A DNA stretch of 64,000 bases from Octopus sinensis (taxonomy: Eukaryota). This document shows, piece by piece, positions 40,801-50,565 of the stretch. The notes under the pieces were generated by a model, which saw nothing but the letters and a program-made list of their open reading frames with translations, made no database searches and was not told the origin of the DNA. The first letter of the stretch is position 1; each line of letters begins with the position of its first letter. The translations under genes were made by a program, and so were the position numbers. The stretch lies in contig NC_043005.1 in NCBI RefSeq assembly GCF_006345805.1, positions 29,016,001-29,080,000 on the forward strand, read 5' to 3'.

Positions 40801-43800
40801 AAGACCCTATTGATGAAGGACCAGAAGGTTCTACAGTAATTTCAGAGACGAAACAATGCAGGATGTAGAGTGTACAGTGTAGCCATTGCTGTCTTCTTCT
40901 AAGTAATGTTTTTTTGCCTGTGCAGTTGTAGGTTCTGGAATTTGGCAAGGAACATGAAGGGACACATATAGAACAGTTACTCATCATGTTTTCGATGTAT
41001 CTATTATTTCATTAGATTGTCATGTACAATAGCACTTATACAGACACTTTACTTAATTACAGTATTAGTTAATTGCTATATTTCAACTAGAAAGATGAAG
41101 ACAAACAAATAAATCTAAACTTAAACTAAATGCTGAACACTTTAAAAGAAAACATTTCAATTAATTATTTACATTTGACGGATATTTGTCTTCGTCTTGT
41201 TTGCTGTTAACACAACATTTCGGCTGATATACCCTCCAGCCTTCATGAGGTGTCTTGGGGAAATTTCGAACCTGGGTTCTCATTCCTAAGATATTTTCCA
41301 ATGTTATTATTATTATACTGGAATCGAACTCAGAATCTTGGGGTCAGTAGCATGTGCTCTTAACCACTATGCCATATGACAGATATCTGTCCTCATCTTG
41401 TTTGTTGTTAACACAACGTTTTAGTTGATATACCCTCCAGCCTTCATCAGGTGTCTTGGGGGAAATTTCGAACCTGGGTTCTCATTCCTAAGGTATTTTT
41501 GAATGTTATTATTATTATTATTATTATTATAGAACTATATTTCAATTAATAGTTTTAAATTTTAGTGCTGCAATAACATTTAAGATCCTAAAAATTGAGA
41601 AACTTAAACTGATTCTAAAAACATTAAATTTTAAATGAAAAGGAAAAAAAAAATTCTATACCTTTTTTTTAATCTTCTCAGAGTTTGAGTTTGGAACAGT
41701 AATACCAGACAACACAAGGCTTCTTCAAAAATGGCCTTTGTCTTCATTGTAAACTGGAGGAGGAGAAAAAAAAGTAACAATTTAAGAGAAGACTTAAAAA
41801 CTGATGTACAGACATATCTTACTCTGCATAAATACACACAAAAACATATAGATGTATTACTTAAGTCAGTAAAAAAAGGTACATATGACCCTAGTACTAG
41901 GGTGAGATTTGGTGTTAACCTTTTCTCATCCCCTTGTCTTTTCTTGCTGTCTTTTTAGGAATATGAAATTACTAGGAGTAAATTCCCAGTCCCTTTGCTC
42001 CTGCCCCTTTTAGTTCCCTCTTACGTCATGCAGGGAATACCATGACTGCATTCTACCGACCCCACTCCAATAGTTGCAGATGGGGTTTGCTAGTTAATCC
42101 ATAGCTGGGACCCTTACAAGTGCTACCACTCTGAGCCAGAGTAGACCTGGGAGCAATAGTGGCTAAGGTGTTTCCACACCCCTCAAACCCTGAAACCAGA
42201 GCACCACTACCGGATGTAGTTTAGAGTCATACCCAGGACTAGTAAAAAAAAAAAAAAGGTAAAAGTGGAAAATTACATTACATACATGCAATAGCAATAA
42301 ATACATCCTTATACGAGATCATACATATAAAAATACAATAATATAATAAACAGTTACATTTCAGTGCACATTCACACATGATATAAGAACATTTATATTA
42401 CATCATACAGCCATACATACAATAACTTAACATACCAAGTACAAGCATGAGTCTTTAGATAACAGTCAACGAGAGATTACACTCAAGTATTTTCAGATCA
42501 GCCACTGCTTCTTTTCGTTCTTAATTAACCAGTATCTACAAATCTTCTCAATCTGTTAATAATGTTTAGTAGTAAAAACAATAATTATTTACATTTGACG
42601 GATATTTGCCCTCATATTGTTCGTTGTTAACATAATGTTTCAGCTGATATACCCTCCAGCCTTCATCAGGTGTCTTGGGGAAATTTCGAACCTGGGTTCT
42701 CATTTCTAAGGTATTTTTCAATGCTATTATTATTATTACTGTACATGAAGCTACTGTCCCCCGTCCCGGGGTCTCACAGGACCCATACCTCCCACACTCT
42801 CAGGGTTGGCACTCTCAACGTCAGCACACTGAAAGGTAGGTCTGGTGAGATTGTTGAGATGCTTGAATGGAGATGTGTCGATATGTGCTGCATCCAAGAA
42901 GTAAGGTTGAGAGGAGGTTCCACTAGGATCCTCACAGGCAAAGAACACAGGTATAAGATTTTCTGGGCAGGGAACACTGATGGGGACAGGGGCATGGGTA
43001 GACTTCTAGCAGAGAAATGGGTGGATAAGGTAACTGATGTAGTCAGAGTATGTGACAGAATACTTAAGATTAGATTAGTGCTTCATCATGGGTTACCAAC
43101 CATTATCTTCGCCTATGCCCCTCAGCTGGGGCTACCCAATGGACAGAAAGACCGATTCTATGACACTCTCTTGCAGACTACCTCGTTGACGAATGACAGG
43201 GACCTTCTCTTTGTGGTTGGTGACTTCAATGGACATGATGGACAACATACAGGGGGCTTCCATGGAGGCTACGGTTTTGGTTCCCGCAACGAGGAGGGAA
43301 CCAGGCTGCAGCAAGCCAAGTGAGACCATAACCTCATGGCCTATGCCAGGGGTGTACCCAGCCCAATTATATAATGCATACCTTTCCTTCATTGGACACT
43401 AGACTCTGCTTGTGAAGACCTGTTGAGGCAAGTGAAATTGAAATCAAATTCGATGACTGGCATCCGTGCTAGTGAAGCGCTAAGAGTACCCTCCGAGCGT
43501 GATCGTTGCCAGAGCAACAAACTAGCTTCCGAGTCGGTAGCACGTAAAAAGCACCACTCGAGCGTGATCATCACCAGCATCGCCTTACTGGCACTTGTGC
43601 TGGAGGCACGTGAAAAAACATTCAAGCGAGGTTGTTGCCAGTGCTGCTGGACTGGCTCCTGTGCAGGTGGCACATAAAAAGCACCATTTGAATGTGGCCA
43701 TTGCCAGTACTGCCTGACTGGCCCTCGTGCCGGTGGCACATAAAAGCACCCACTACACTCTTGGAATGGTTGGTGTTAGGAAGGGCATCAAGCTGTAGAA

Positions 43801-46800
43801 ACTCTGCCAGATCAGATTGGAGCCTGGTTCGCCAGACCTCAGTCAAATTGTCCAACCCATGCTAGCATGGAAAGAGGACGTTAAACGATGATGATGATTC
43901 AGGTCACTGCATGGAAGTGAACTTGGAATCTTGGGGTTAGTAACCTGTGCTCTTAACCACCTTAGGAACGTGAACTCAGGTTCGAAATTTACCCAAGACA
44001 CCTGATAAAGGCTGGAGGGTATATCAGCTGAAATGTGTTAACAACAAACAAGAGGACAAATATCCGTCAAATGTAAATAATGTACATAATTCCTCATCTC
44101 TTAAATATAGAACTGAAAAACAATAATGTCCAACATTCCATTTGAAATTTGTAAGCTTTCTTGAAACAGCTTCCCTTGATTGGAATCAAGAAAATGGTTA
44201 TAACAGCAAGAAGATAACAAGGGAGAAACTAAAAGAGTCAACTTACTTTAACAATGGTGTAAATCAAAGATTCCAAGATAGGTTGAGTGAGCTTAGAACG
44301 GACAAATATTATAGATACAATCATTAAGGAACCGGCTTTGTAGTCAGTAAAACCTGAACGCAATCCCTCATCAAGGAATGGTAAAACTTGTCCAATAACA
44401 GTCTCAGAAATCTCCTTCTGGTCAAGGATACCACAAATGACTTGTGTGTAGAATGCAAATATATGGCGTAACTGAGGTTCTGATGATGGTGACTTTGAAA
44501 ATTCCTGCAGAAGAATATAAACGACTTAGATTTGTGAAATTAATAATACTATAACAATGATTTGTAAAATAAGTCGAAGGTTACAAATGGAGTGGTGGTG
44601 GGGAAGTTAGTTAATTAGATAAACCCAAATGGTTGGTGGCACTTACTGACTCAAGCAAGATTTGAAGTCAGAATATAATAAATTTCATTCATTTATATCA
44701 CAATGGGAGTACATTAGAGTACAACAGCCAGTCATTAGTTCAGTGTAGTTCCTGAGAGCAAGAAATAAGGGAGTGCCTGTAACTCAGTGCAGAAGAAAAT
44801 GTAACTTTTTTTTTAATACCAGTGTTTGTATCCTTCGCCAATATACATTGCCAAAAGCTAAATACTGATATATGGTGATGCTTCTGCCTTTCAGATCCAA
44901 CTCTAATGATTCTGTCAGTTCACTACTTTAATAATGGCTTCAGATACAGGCATCAAGGCAGCAATTCTGAAGGGATGAGTGTTAGCCAATATCACCGATT
45001 CCAGTACTTGAATGTTACTTTATTTTATCAAACACGATAGGATGAAAGGCAAAGTTGACCTTAGCAAGATTTGAACCGAGAATGTAGCAAGTTGGAAGAG
45101 ATAGCACAAAGCATTTTCTCAGCTGCTCAAACAATTTGGCCTGCTTGCAGCCTTAATAATAATAATAATAATAATAATCCTTTCTATTATAGGCACAAGG
45201 CCTGAAATTTTGAGGGAGGGGATTAGTTGGTTATATTGATCTCAGTGCCCCACTGGTCCTTATTTTATCAATGCCAAGAGGATAAAAGGCAAAGTTTACA
45301 TCATAATCCTTCAATGTCAGTTGTCCATGCTGGTATCGGTTGGCTAGTTTGACCAGAGCTTGCAAGCTGGGGAGCTGCACCAGGTTCCAGTCTGGTTTGG
45401 CTTGGTTTCTATGGCTGGATGCCCTTCCTAATGCCAACCACTTTTACATGGCACTGGTATGAGCACTTTTTACTTTGTACCAGCATGTGGAATTTGCACT
45501 CATAATAATAATGTTTCACTGTCTCAGTTTGAATTAAGCTAAATGTGAAGATACAGTAGCAACAGGAGAGATACTTTACCTCAACATAGTCAGACACCAT
45601 ATTCTGTATAAAAGATAAAAAACTTAGATCACTAAGGCAGTGGTTGATCACAGTCTGACGAGAAAGATGGATGCCATTTTTCTGAAAAATAAAATATTAC
45701 AGGAAAAATATAACAAAAACTATATTCTGTGTATGTAATCACACACACATGTGTGTGTGAACTAAAACATTTTTCTGTAAATGTTCAGGTGGAATTAAGA
45801 AAGAAATAATAATAAAAAGTACTTACTTGTACACCTGATAACCAACCCCATTTCTTATCATTCTTAGGAAGACTAAAGAGACGCACGACTTGGACAAACA
45901 GTTTATCCTCATGGTAAGGCAGGACACACAGCAGCATTTCATTTACATTATAATAATTTATGTTGAACCTTGAAGTAAACAAACAGAATATGTTATAAAA
46001 TATTATCACACAGTACAGAAGGTATCTAAATCTAATACACTATGATAGAGGATGTTATTTCATGGTATGTTTGATAACTAAATCTAATACTAATATATAA
46101 AATGTTATTATATAGTTTAGTCTCATGATATCTAACATTATATTAATATCAATTTTCCCATCCTTGCATGGGTCAGACAGAAAACACAAAGGTAGATTCT
46201 CCATGAGCAAATGCTCTCCCTGTCCCCAACCCTCACCTGTTTCTGCAGAAAGTAATATTTCCCCATGACCAGACATGTTTTCAACAAAGACTGGAAATGA
46301 AAGAAACTGCTTGTACAACTATTATGCAATACAAGGGGCTTCCTTTTAGTTTCTACAGTTCAAACACTTTATCACTAGCATTTGTACAATGCAGAGGACA
46401 TTTCTGGTTCCAAGTCCAGCTTGCTTCCTGTCTCGATGGACAATACCAAAAGTCTGCAGGCTTGAAGAAACAGGGTCGACAGTGAAGAAGTACATATCTA
46501 AACTGTTATACAGCACCTCATACAATTCACTCCTCTATGGTGAAATATGAAGAATGGTCCTCAGAAGTTTAGAGACATTGTATAGCCAGAGCAATAGATT
46601 TGTAAGTCACACCTTGTCATTTGTTAATCTACAGATATGCCATAGGGATCGTTGGATCAAAGCTGACCTGGGCTAAACAACAAGAACAAATACCACCATA
46701 TAAAGTTTGGGGACAACAGTTTTAGTGGGGTTAACAAATGACTGTAAGTCTAGCACAGATTTACAAGAATAATTCCAAAACATTTACCTTTGTATAAGCC

Positions 46801-48994
46801 ATTCCAGAGCCTTGTGAGCAGGTTTCAGTAGAAAATAAGGAGACAAACGGAGCAGGAATCGTTTAATGATGGCATCTAGTTTTTTATTAATGTCAGTATG
46901 CTGTACCGATCTGTTGAACAGAACTGATGTTTCAGAAAATAGTTCCAAATGGAATTTGGAAAATTCTTTATCAAACTGCTCTAGTTCTTGTAAACCATTG
47001 ATTCCTGTCAAATAAAAAGTAGAAATTTAACTTTTCACCAACCATTTCACATGGGAAACTATTGAGCCCTGACTGGTATGCAATGGGCCTTTAAGTGGAA
47101 CAGTAATTAGCTTGGGAAATTCTTAAAGGATTTATTAATATGGTAAATATATTATCATCAGTGGCTGTGTGGTAATTAGCTTGCTTACCAACCACGCAGT
47201 TCCGGGTTCAGTCCCACTGAGTGACACCTTAGGCCAGTGACTTCTACTATAGCGTCGGGCTGATCAAAAATTTGTCAGTGGATTTGGTAGATGGAAACTG
47301 AAAGAAACTCATTGTGTGTATGTATGTATGTATATATATATATGTTTTTGTGTCTATGTTTGTCCCCCCCAACATCACTTGACAACCGATGCTGGTGTGT
47401 TTACATCCCCTGTAACTTAGTAGTTCGTCAAAAAGAGACCAACAGAATAAGTACTAGGCTTGAATAAAGGCGCTGCCCCAGCATGGCTGCAGTCAAATGA
47501 CTGAAACAAGTAAAAGAATAAAAGAATTGGTTTTGCTTATATGGGTCCAATGGAATTTGTTATGGCAGACTTTCTACAATTGGATGCCCCTCTTGCCAGC
47601 CCTCACTTGCTTTCAAGCAAGGTAATATTTGCCAATGCCTGGACAGGTTCTTACTGAAGGTTGAAAATGAATGATGTTGCTCAGACACTCATTTACAACT
47701 ATTGAACTAGGTCCAGACATGAAGTCATAAACATATGCACATCTATGATGGTCTCCTTTCAGTTTCCATTTACAAAATCCACTCACAGGGTATGAATCAG
47801 CCAGGGGCTATAGTAGAAGATACTGGACAATGGAACTAACCCCAAACCACACAGTTGGGAAGCAAACATCTTAACAACCACACAGCCATGCCATGCCTGT
47901 ATATTGGCAGCTGCCACTGATGATGGTCATTATGTATGAAATGTAGGTTGGATGATATAATGAAGTGGTTTCCTATGGCCTTCTGCACATTAAGGAAACA
48001 CTCATCAGCTATACAAGTTCTTTTTGCTTCTTGTAGAAGTGAACTGCACTTTACCATGGAACTATCTTATAGTTAGATCAACTAGTGTAATGAATTGATT
48101 TCTCTCTATATTACTTAGTCACTAAGCTAAATTCAGTTAGTCTGGTGTTATAGATACACACATACTAGCAGCTCATTATTAATTAATTTGTCAAGGGTTG
48201 TCAATTAAACTAACCCAGTACATTCCTGGTATCTTTGCCGACTCTAGCAAAATTTGAACTCAGAACATAAGGTAATGTAACTTAATATTACCCAGTATCT
48301 GCAACACCTTCTGTTTTCTTATGGTGGCTCAAAGACAAAGACAAAAATAGGTAAGTAAATAAACTTTCCCAAGACTTTACTGGTTCTTATTCAAACCAAT
48401 GATGGAGCCTTATGTAATCCATTAAATCGCAAGAAATAGCAACCAAATTCTCTCAAATCACACCTTGCTGTCTTAGAAATGGACACACTGAACAATGTGG
48501 AGCTGGGTTCGCTGCACAAAGGAAACATGAGATGGTCACAGATGAAATATCTTCAATCAGGGTTCTGTTGGATTAGGGCAGATCTTGGTGTGAACAGCAA
48601 CAGCTGGTACTTATGCTATCAACCTCAAAGGGATAAAAAGTGATATTGACTGCAGAATGGTTTCACTCTGGGACTTAATCATGACAAAATTAAATACTGT
48701 CAAGCATTCAGACTTTGAAAAGAAGTATTACAGACAAATTAATAAACAGAAATGTTTAACTTATCAATGTCTCCCCACTCAACAAAGCAAAAAATCAAGT
48801 TTCAACACATAACTCACATATTACAATAATGATAAATTTGTTAAATTACCGATTTCATAAAAAGTCCGTTTGTCTAAACGAGCAGCTTCATCTCTGTCAA
48901 ATAATAAAGATGCTTTTTTCTTTTTTTCCTGAAGTTGGATGATTTTAGTTTGAGGAATACGTAGTTTTTCCAACTGGCGTTGTAACGATGTCAT
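1985..48994 (-). CDS. HEATR1: HEAT repeat-containing protein 1 (UTP10/BAP28); 31 coding exons in window, 3' end lies outside the window
   Basis: Spliced translation starts [17 protein letters not shown]...[14 protein letters not shown]. It includes [68 protein letters not shown] and [11 protein letters not shown], all recognisable HEATR1/Utp10 motifs. All exons are GT-AG and phase-compatible. Total 4887 nt = 1629 codons with no stop. Confidence 0.96.
2486..2653 (-). CDS. HEATR1: HEATR1 coding exon 30
   Basis: [24 protein letters not shown]...[16 protein letters not shown]; donor GTAAGC. Confidence 0.93.
3569..3735 (-). CDS. HEATR1: HEATR1 coding exon 29
   Basis: TGKKKSV...[23 protein letters not shown]...FISQ. 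Confidence 0.94.
5585..5738 (-). CDS. HEATR1: HEATR1 coding exon 28
   Basis: [11 protein letters not shown]...[20 protein letters not shown]...LPTEIKQ; donor GTAAGT. Confidence 0.88.
5851..6071. mobile_element. piggyBac-like MITE
   Basis: TIR CCCTTTTGCTACCA / TGGTAACAAAAGGG (13/14) with TTAA on both sides (5847-5850, 6072-6075). Confidence 0.85.
7392..7629 (+). mobile_element. tRNA-derived SINE family B, well-preserved copy
   Basis: Same head, core and tail as 55459-55680. Confidence 0.8.
7800..8105 (-). mobile_element. RTE LINE ORF2 C-terminal fragment
   Basis: Minus strand reads [36 protein letters not shown]. Confidence 0.85.
8788..9033 (-). CDS. HEATR1: HEATR1 coding exon 27
   Basis: ACEERAKY...[21 protein letters not shown]...DDNSQ. 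Confidence 0.94.
9704..9985. repeat. Long near-perfect palindrome (fold-back MITE-like)
   Basis: Arms 9714-9837 and 9852-9975 (124 bp, 1 mismatch), 14-nt spacer. Confidence 0.92.
10422..10550 (-). CDS. HEATR1: HEATR1 coding exon 26
   Basis: [43 protein letters not shown]. Confidence 0.95.
10822..10943 (-). CDS. HEATR1: HEATR1 coding exon 25
   Basis: [40 protein letters not shown]. Confidence 0.95.
11160..11657 (+). mobile_element. RTE LINE 3' end, second copy
   Basis: [13 protein letters not shown]-coding segment followed by the same UTR and tail. Confidence 0.8.
12356..12462 (-). CDS. HEATR1: HEATR1 coding exon 24
   Basis: [24 protein letters not shown]...DLL; donor GTAAGA. Confidence 0.92.
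13139..13279 (-). CDS. HEATR1: HEATR1 coding exon 23
   Basis: [46 protein letters not shown](R). Confidence 0.92.
14648..14742 (-). CDS. HEATR1: HEATR1 coding exon 22
   Basis: [31 protein letters not shown](M); donor GTAAGT; phase 0/2. Confidence 0.78.
14917..15781 (+). mobile_element. Degenerate mariner transposon with TIRs
   Basis: [20 protein letters not shown] and [11 protein letters not shown] motifs. Imperfect TIRs (ctaggctcagtcaaaagatttt / aaaacttttgatttaacttgg) flanked by TA. Confidence 0.8.
16620..16846. repeat. (TA)n/(CATA)n compound microsatellite
   Basis: Directly visible; source of the spurious Y/I/H-rich ORFs. Confidence 0.95.
16850..17240 (-). mobile_element. CR1-group (L2/Crack-like) LINE C-terminal fragment
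   Basis: [27 protein letters not shown] and QPLSH...[12 protein letters not shown] match the LQPLSHRRNVASLSLFYRYY-type motif. Confidence 0.7.
17303..17434 (-). CDS. HEATR1: HEATR1 coding exon 21
   Basis: [23 protein letters not shown]...RKLLKH; donor GTAAGT. Confidence 0.88.
18130..18369 (-). CDS. HEATR1: HEATR1 coding exon 20
   Basis: [14 protein letters not shown]...[11 protein letters not shown]...EFAIKL; phase 0/0. Confidence 0.9.
18757..18936 (-). CDS. HEATR1: HEATR1 coding exon 19
   Basis: VIGQVMNY...[19 protein letters not shown]; phase 0/0. Confidence 0.85.
19046..19250. mobile_element. piggyBac-like MITE, second copy
   Basis: TTAA-CCCTTTTGCTACCA left end, homologous interior, degenerate right TIR plus TTAA. 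A partial third copy ends near 62862. Confidence 0.75.
21275..21453 (-). CDS. HEATR1: HEATR1 coding exon 18
   Basis: [23 protein letters not shown]...YEDLPR; donor GTAAGT. Confidence 0.88.
21590..22955. repeat. Cluster of four RTE-3'-end-derived (GAT)n-tailed repeats (about 21590-21812 +, 21813-22200 -, 22212-22610 -, 22718-22955 -)
   Basis: Shared core gttggcattaggaagggcatccagctgtagaaa...catgctagcatggaaa...gttaaac(gat)n. Further copies start near 26, 3031, 4660, 5370, 9153, 15935, 17575, 31296, 35330, 36270, 39293, 45300, 49105, 51560, 56126 and 57965. Confidence 0.85.
24014..24197 (-). CDS. HEATR1: HEATR1 coding exon 17
   Basis: [17 protein letters not shown]...LSPVP(V); phase 0/1. Confidence 0.85.
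24796..25090 (+). mobile_element. tRNA-derived SINE, additional family
   Basis: tggcttagtggttag A-box, degenerate B-box tttgaatctc, gtcccatccagg central motif, (AAC) tail. Confidence 0.6.
25991..26142 (-). CDS. HEATR1: HEATR1 coding exon 16
   Basis: [30 protein letters not shown]...VFFG; donor GTAAGT. Confidence 0.85.
27150..27342 (+). mobile_element. Non-autonomous Helitron/Helentron-like (DINE-1/HINE-type) 3' segment
   Basis: Second copy at 62288-62482. Shared aagtttggtgaaaatcagtt motif followed by (CA)n and tttatatata, the typical HINE 3' layout. Confidence 0.5.
28170..29061 (+). mobile_element. RTE LINE 3' end: ORF2 C-terminus, long 3' UTR and (GAT)n tail
   Basis: [18 protein letters not shown]...DRDLWKYAV, stop, then about 690 nt UTR ending ggacattaaac(GAT)n. 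This links the abundant (CAT)n/(GAT)n-tailed repeat to an RTE element. Confidence 0.85.
29262..29795. repeat. Interspersed repeat of unresolved class flanked by (AAT)n tracts
   Basis: Non-coding 530-bp block bounded by AAT microsatellites and inserted between SINE-B pieces; family recognised only from general resemblance. Confidence 0.45.
30445..30640 (-). CDS. HEATR1: HEATR1 coding exon 15 (acceptor position uncertain)
   Basis: HSVILKFLM...[19 protein letters not shown](G). The donor GTAATT joins in phase to the next exon (KG-TIFW, cf. vertebrate KG-DIWW as recalled). Acceptor chosen by phase. Confidence 0.7.
31853..32007 (-). CDS. HEATR1: HEATR1 coding exon 14
   Basis: [20 protein letters not shown]...IIKEILTK; phase 1/0. 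Confidence 0.8.
33120..33224 (-). CDS. HEATR1: HEATR1 coding exon 13
   Basis: [23 protein letters not shown]...NFK; follows a 71-nt intron; phase 1/1. Confidence 0.72.
33296..33474 (-). CDS. HEATR1: HEATR1 coding exon 12
   Basis: [12 protein letters not shown]...[13 protein letters not shown]; donor GTAAGT; phase 2/1. Confidence 0.85.
34631..34713 (-). CDS. HEATR1: HEATR1 coding exon 11
   Basis: [27 protein letters not shown](W); phase 0/2. Confidence 0.82.
34899..34991 (-). CDS. HEATR1: HEATR1 coding exon 10
   Basis: [31 protein letters not shown]; donor GTAAGT. Confidence 0.9.
36505..36727 (-). CDS. HEATR1: HEATR1 coding exon 9
   Basis: [12 protein letters not shown]...[17 protein letters not shown]; phase 2/0. 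Confidence 0.88.
38007..38111 (-). CDS. HEATR1: HEATR1 coding exon 8
   Basis: [12 protein letters not shown]...CEIMRVLEA(K); donor GTAAGA; phase 2/2. Confidence 0.85.
39805..40065 (-). CDS. HEATR1: HEATR1 coding exon 7
   Basis: [22 protein letters not shown]...SGEVA; donor GTGAGT; phase 2/2. Confidence 0.88.
40450..40990 (-). mobile_element. Degenerate RTE LINE ORF2 fragment
   Basis: FICGRCTG and [11 protein letters not shown], typical of the RT-adjacent region of RTE elements. Confidence 0.7.
41165..41530 (-). mobile_element. Tandem pair of the hammerhead-bearing element
   Basis: Two same-strand bodies with hammerhead-like motifs at 41209-41254 and 41410-41455. Between them is a head with A-box TGGCATAGTGG (41364-41374) and B-box (41320-41331). 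Confidence 0.8.
41662..41753 (-). CDS. HEATR1: HEATR1 coding exon 6
   Basis: [30 protein letters not shown](R); phase 0/2. Confidence 0.88.
42585..44115. mobile_element. Inverted hammerhead-bearing element split by a nested RTE insertion
   Basis: Minus-strand body 42585-42738, inserted RTE derivative about 42740-43896, minus-strand head 43897-43960, plus-strand body 43961-44115. Degenerate hammerheads at 42629-42674 and 43997-44039. Confidence 0.75.
42745..43897 (+). mobile_element. Internally deleted RTE LINE: AP-endonuclease region fused to 3' UTR and (GAT)n tail
   Basis: ORF has GTLNV, CCIQEV, FAYAPQ, VGDFNGH and [10 protein letters not shown] (RTE APE domain), then AAG TGA and the RTE 3' UTR seen at 28370-29061. 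Confidence 0.88.
44247..44504 (-). CDS. HEATR1: HEATR1 coding exon 5
   Basis: [21 protein letters not shown]...[17 protein letters not shown]...TIVK; donor GTAAGT. Confidence 0.92.
45580..45681 (-). CDS. HEATR1: HEATR1 coding exon 4
   Basis: [34 protein letters not shown]; phase 0/0. Confidence 0.9.
45827..45968 (-). CDS. HEATR1: HEATR1 coding exon 3
   Basis: [28 protein letters not shown]...WGWLSGVQ; donor GTAAGT. Confidence 0.93.
46788..47004 (-). CDS. HEATR1: HEATR1 coding exon 2
   Basis: [11 protein letters not shown]...[19 protein letters not shown]; 217 nt; AG/GTAAAT. Confidence 0.95.
47161..47525 (+). mobile_element. tRNA-derived SINE family C with CORE-like segment (representative copy)
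   Basis: gtggctgtgtggtaa A-box, gggttcagtccc B-box, caccttaggccagtgacttct CORE-like segment, internal (TG/TA)n. Other copies near 6555(-), 8172, 32190, 33715, 37130(-), 47720(-), 49850, 61497 and 63730(-). Confidence 0.8.
48850..48994 (-). CDS. HEATR1: HEATR1 coding exon 1 (ATG at 48994)
   Basis: Acceptor tttccctcttttag, 7 nt of UTR, then [10 protein letters not shown]...FYEI(G); donor GTAATT. Confidence 0.93.
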
Positions 48995-50565
48995 GATTCT
49001 TCTAAAAGAGGGAAAATAAAATAATCAATAAACAATGCTCTCACTGGAGTGGTGGAAGTTTGATTCTTCACATGAGAATATTTACCATATTTAATAATAA
49101 TAGTCGTTGTTTAACGTTCGTTTTCCATGCTGGCATGGGTTGAGCGGTTTGATTGAGGTCTGGAAAGCCAGCGGTTGCACCAGGCTCCAATCTGATGTCA
49201 ATGTTTCTACGGCTGGATGCCCTTCCTAATGCCAACCACTGAGAATGTAGTGGGTGCTTTTTATGTGCCAGTCAGGCGGGCCTGGCATCAATTACATTTG
49301 GATGGTGCTTTTACGTGCCACTGGCATGGGAGCCAGTCTGGGGGTACTGGAATCCAAGACATTGGCGAGAAGAGAAATGATCCGAGCAGAGTTTGCAACA
49401 GAGCCACCTCCACTGAAGAGACCCAAGGACTGGTGGTATTAAACTGGGCAACAAATCAAATCTACAATTAAAGAAGAGAAACACTATCCTTCTGATACGC
49501 TCTCTAATAATTTTCATAAACCAAATTTTATTCCCAAGATTGTTATAGAAGACTTACACTGAAAAAGCCGTGCCGTCAAATCAAACTAGAAACCACGTAG
49601 TTGAGAAACAAACATCTCAAATACACCGAGATACCTGTGCACGCCATCCACCACTTCACTACTTGCAAAGGCGAAACTAATGGTTGAGATGATGATGGAA
49701 TCGGCACAATGTATATTACTGGTGTTGGGACAAGTTTGGATGACTGAGAAGTGAAGGCGTTTACGAGGGAGATTAGAACTACACTTCAAAGCTACACGTG
49801 GAATATAGCTACCTTTAACAAAAATAATGTTTATAGCATATTTTACATAGGCGCAGGCATGGATGTGTGGTAAGAAGCTTGCTGTCCAACCATGGCTCCG
49901 GGTTCAGTCCCACTGCGTTGCACCTTGAGCAAGTGTCACGAACCAACTAACACTTTTGCGAGAAGGGGTCTATATGCGACATATATATATAGGCGAAAAC
50001 GACGGATAGCCTATTTGAAAATAAACAGTAATTAATATCTAGCACGAACCTCATTCACATATACGAGTCAACCTCTACGTGGTCAATCTAAGAGTAGCAG
50101 CCAAATATCCCTCAAATAAAAACAAATCAAACATTATGCTTGAATAAATAATAGGGTGTCATTTATTCAAGCATTAGAACACTCGTGATGTGTTTGCTCG
50201 GCCAGGGCTGATATAAAACTATCACAGTAAGTATTATCTTAAAATTCATTCAATTCTGGATTATTAACAGAAAATCCAACCAGATTGTGTATGTATATAT
50301 TTTCGTATATGTCCGACAACAGCCCTGAATTAAAGCCAGTGCTTTTACGTGTGTGTGAAGATAAAATGCATGCATTATGGTGTTTCCCTTATCTGTATAT
50401 ATTGTGGTTGTTTCAACAACGACAGTAAATCGAAACAGTCTACAACAATGATAAATAACCTTCCTTGAGGAATCTCTAACGAATAAATACGACAGTCATC
50501 AATGTAAAATCAACTGCAAAAAGTCAGTCTAATAAATTTACAAAAATACGAGAAGAAATACTTAC

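Noticed and set aside
49689-49747. C-box ATGATGA...D-box CTGA pair with faint U14-like ends
   Set aside because: Only 59 nt, no terminal stem, no U14 domain A, and antisense to the host intron.
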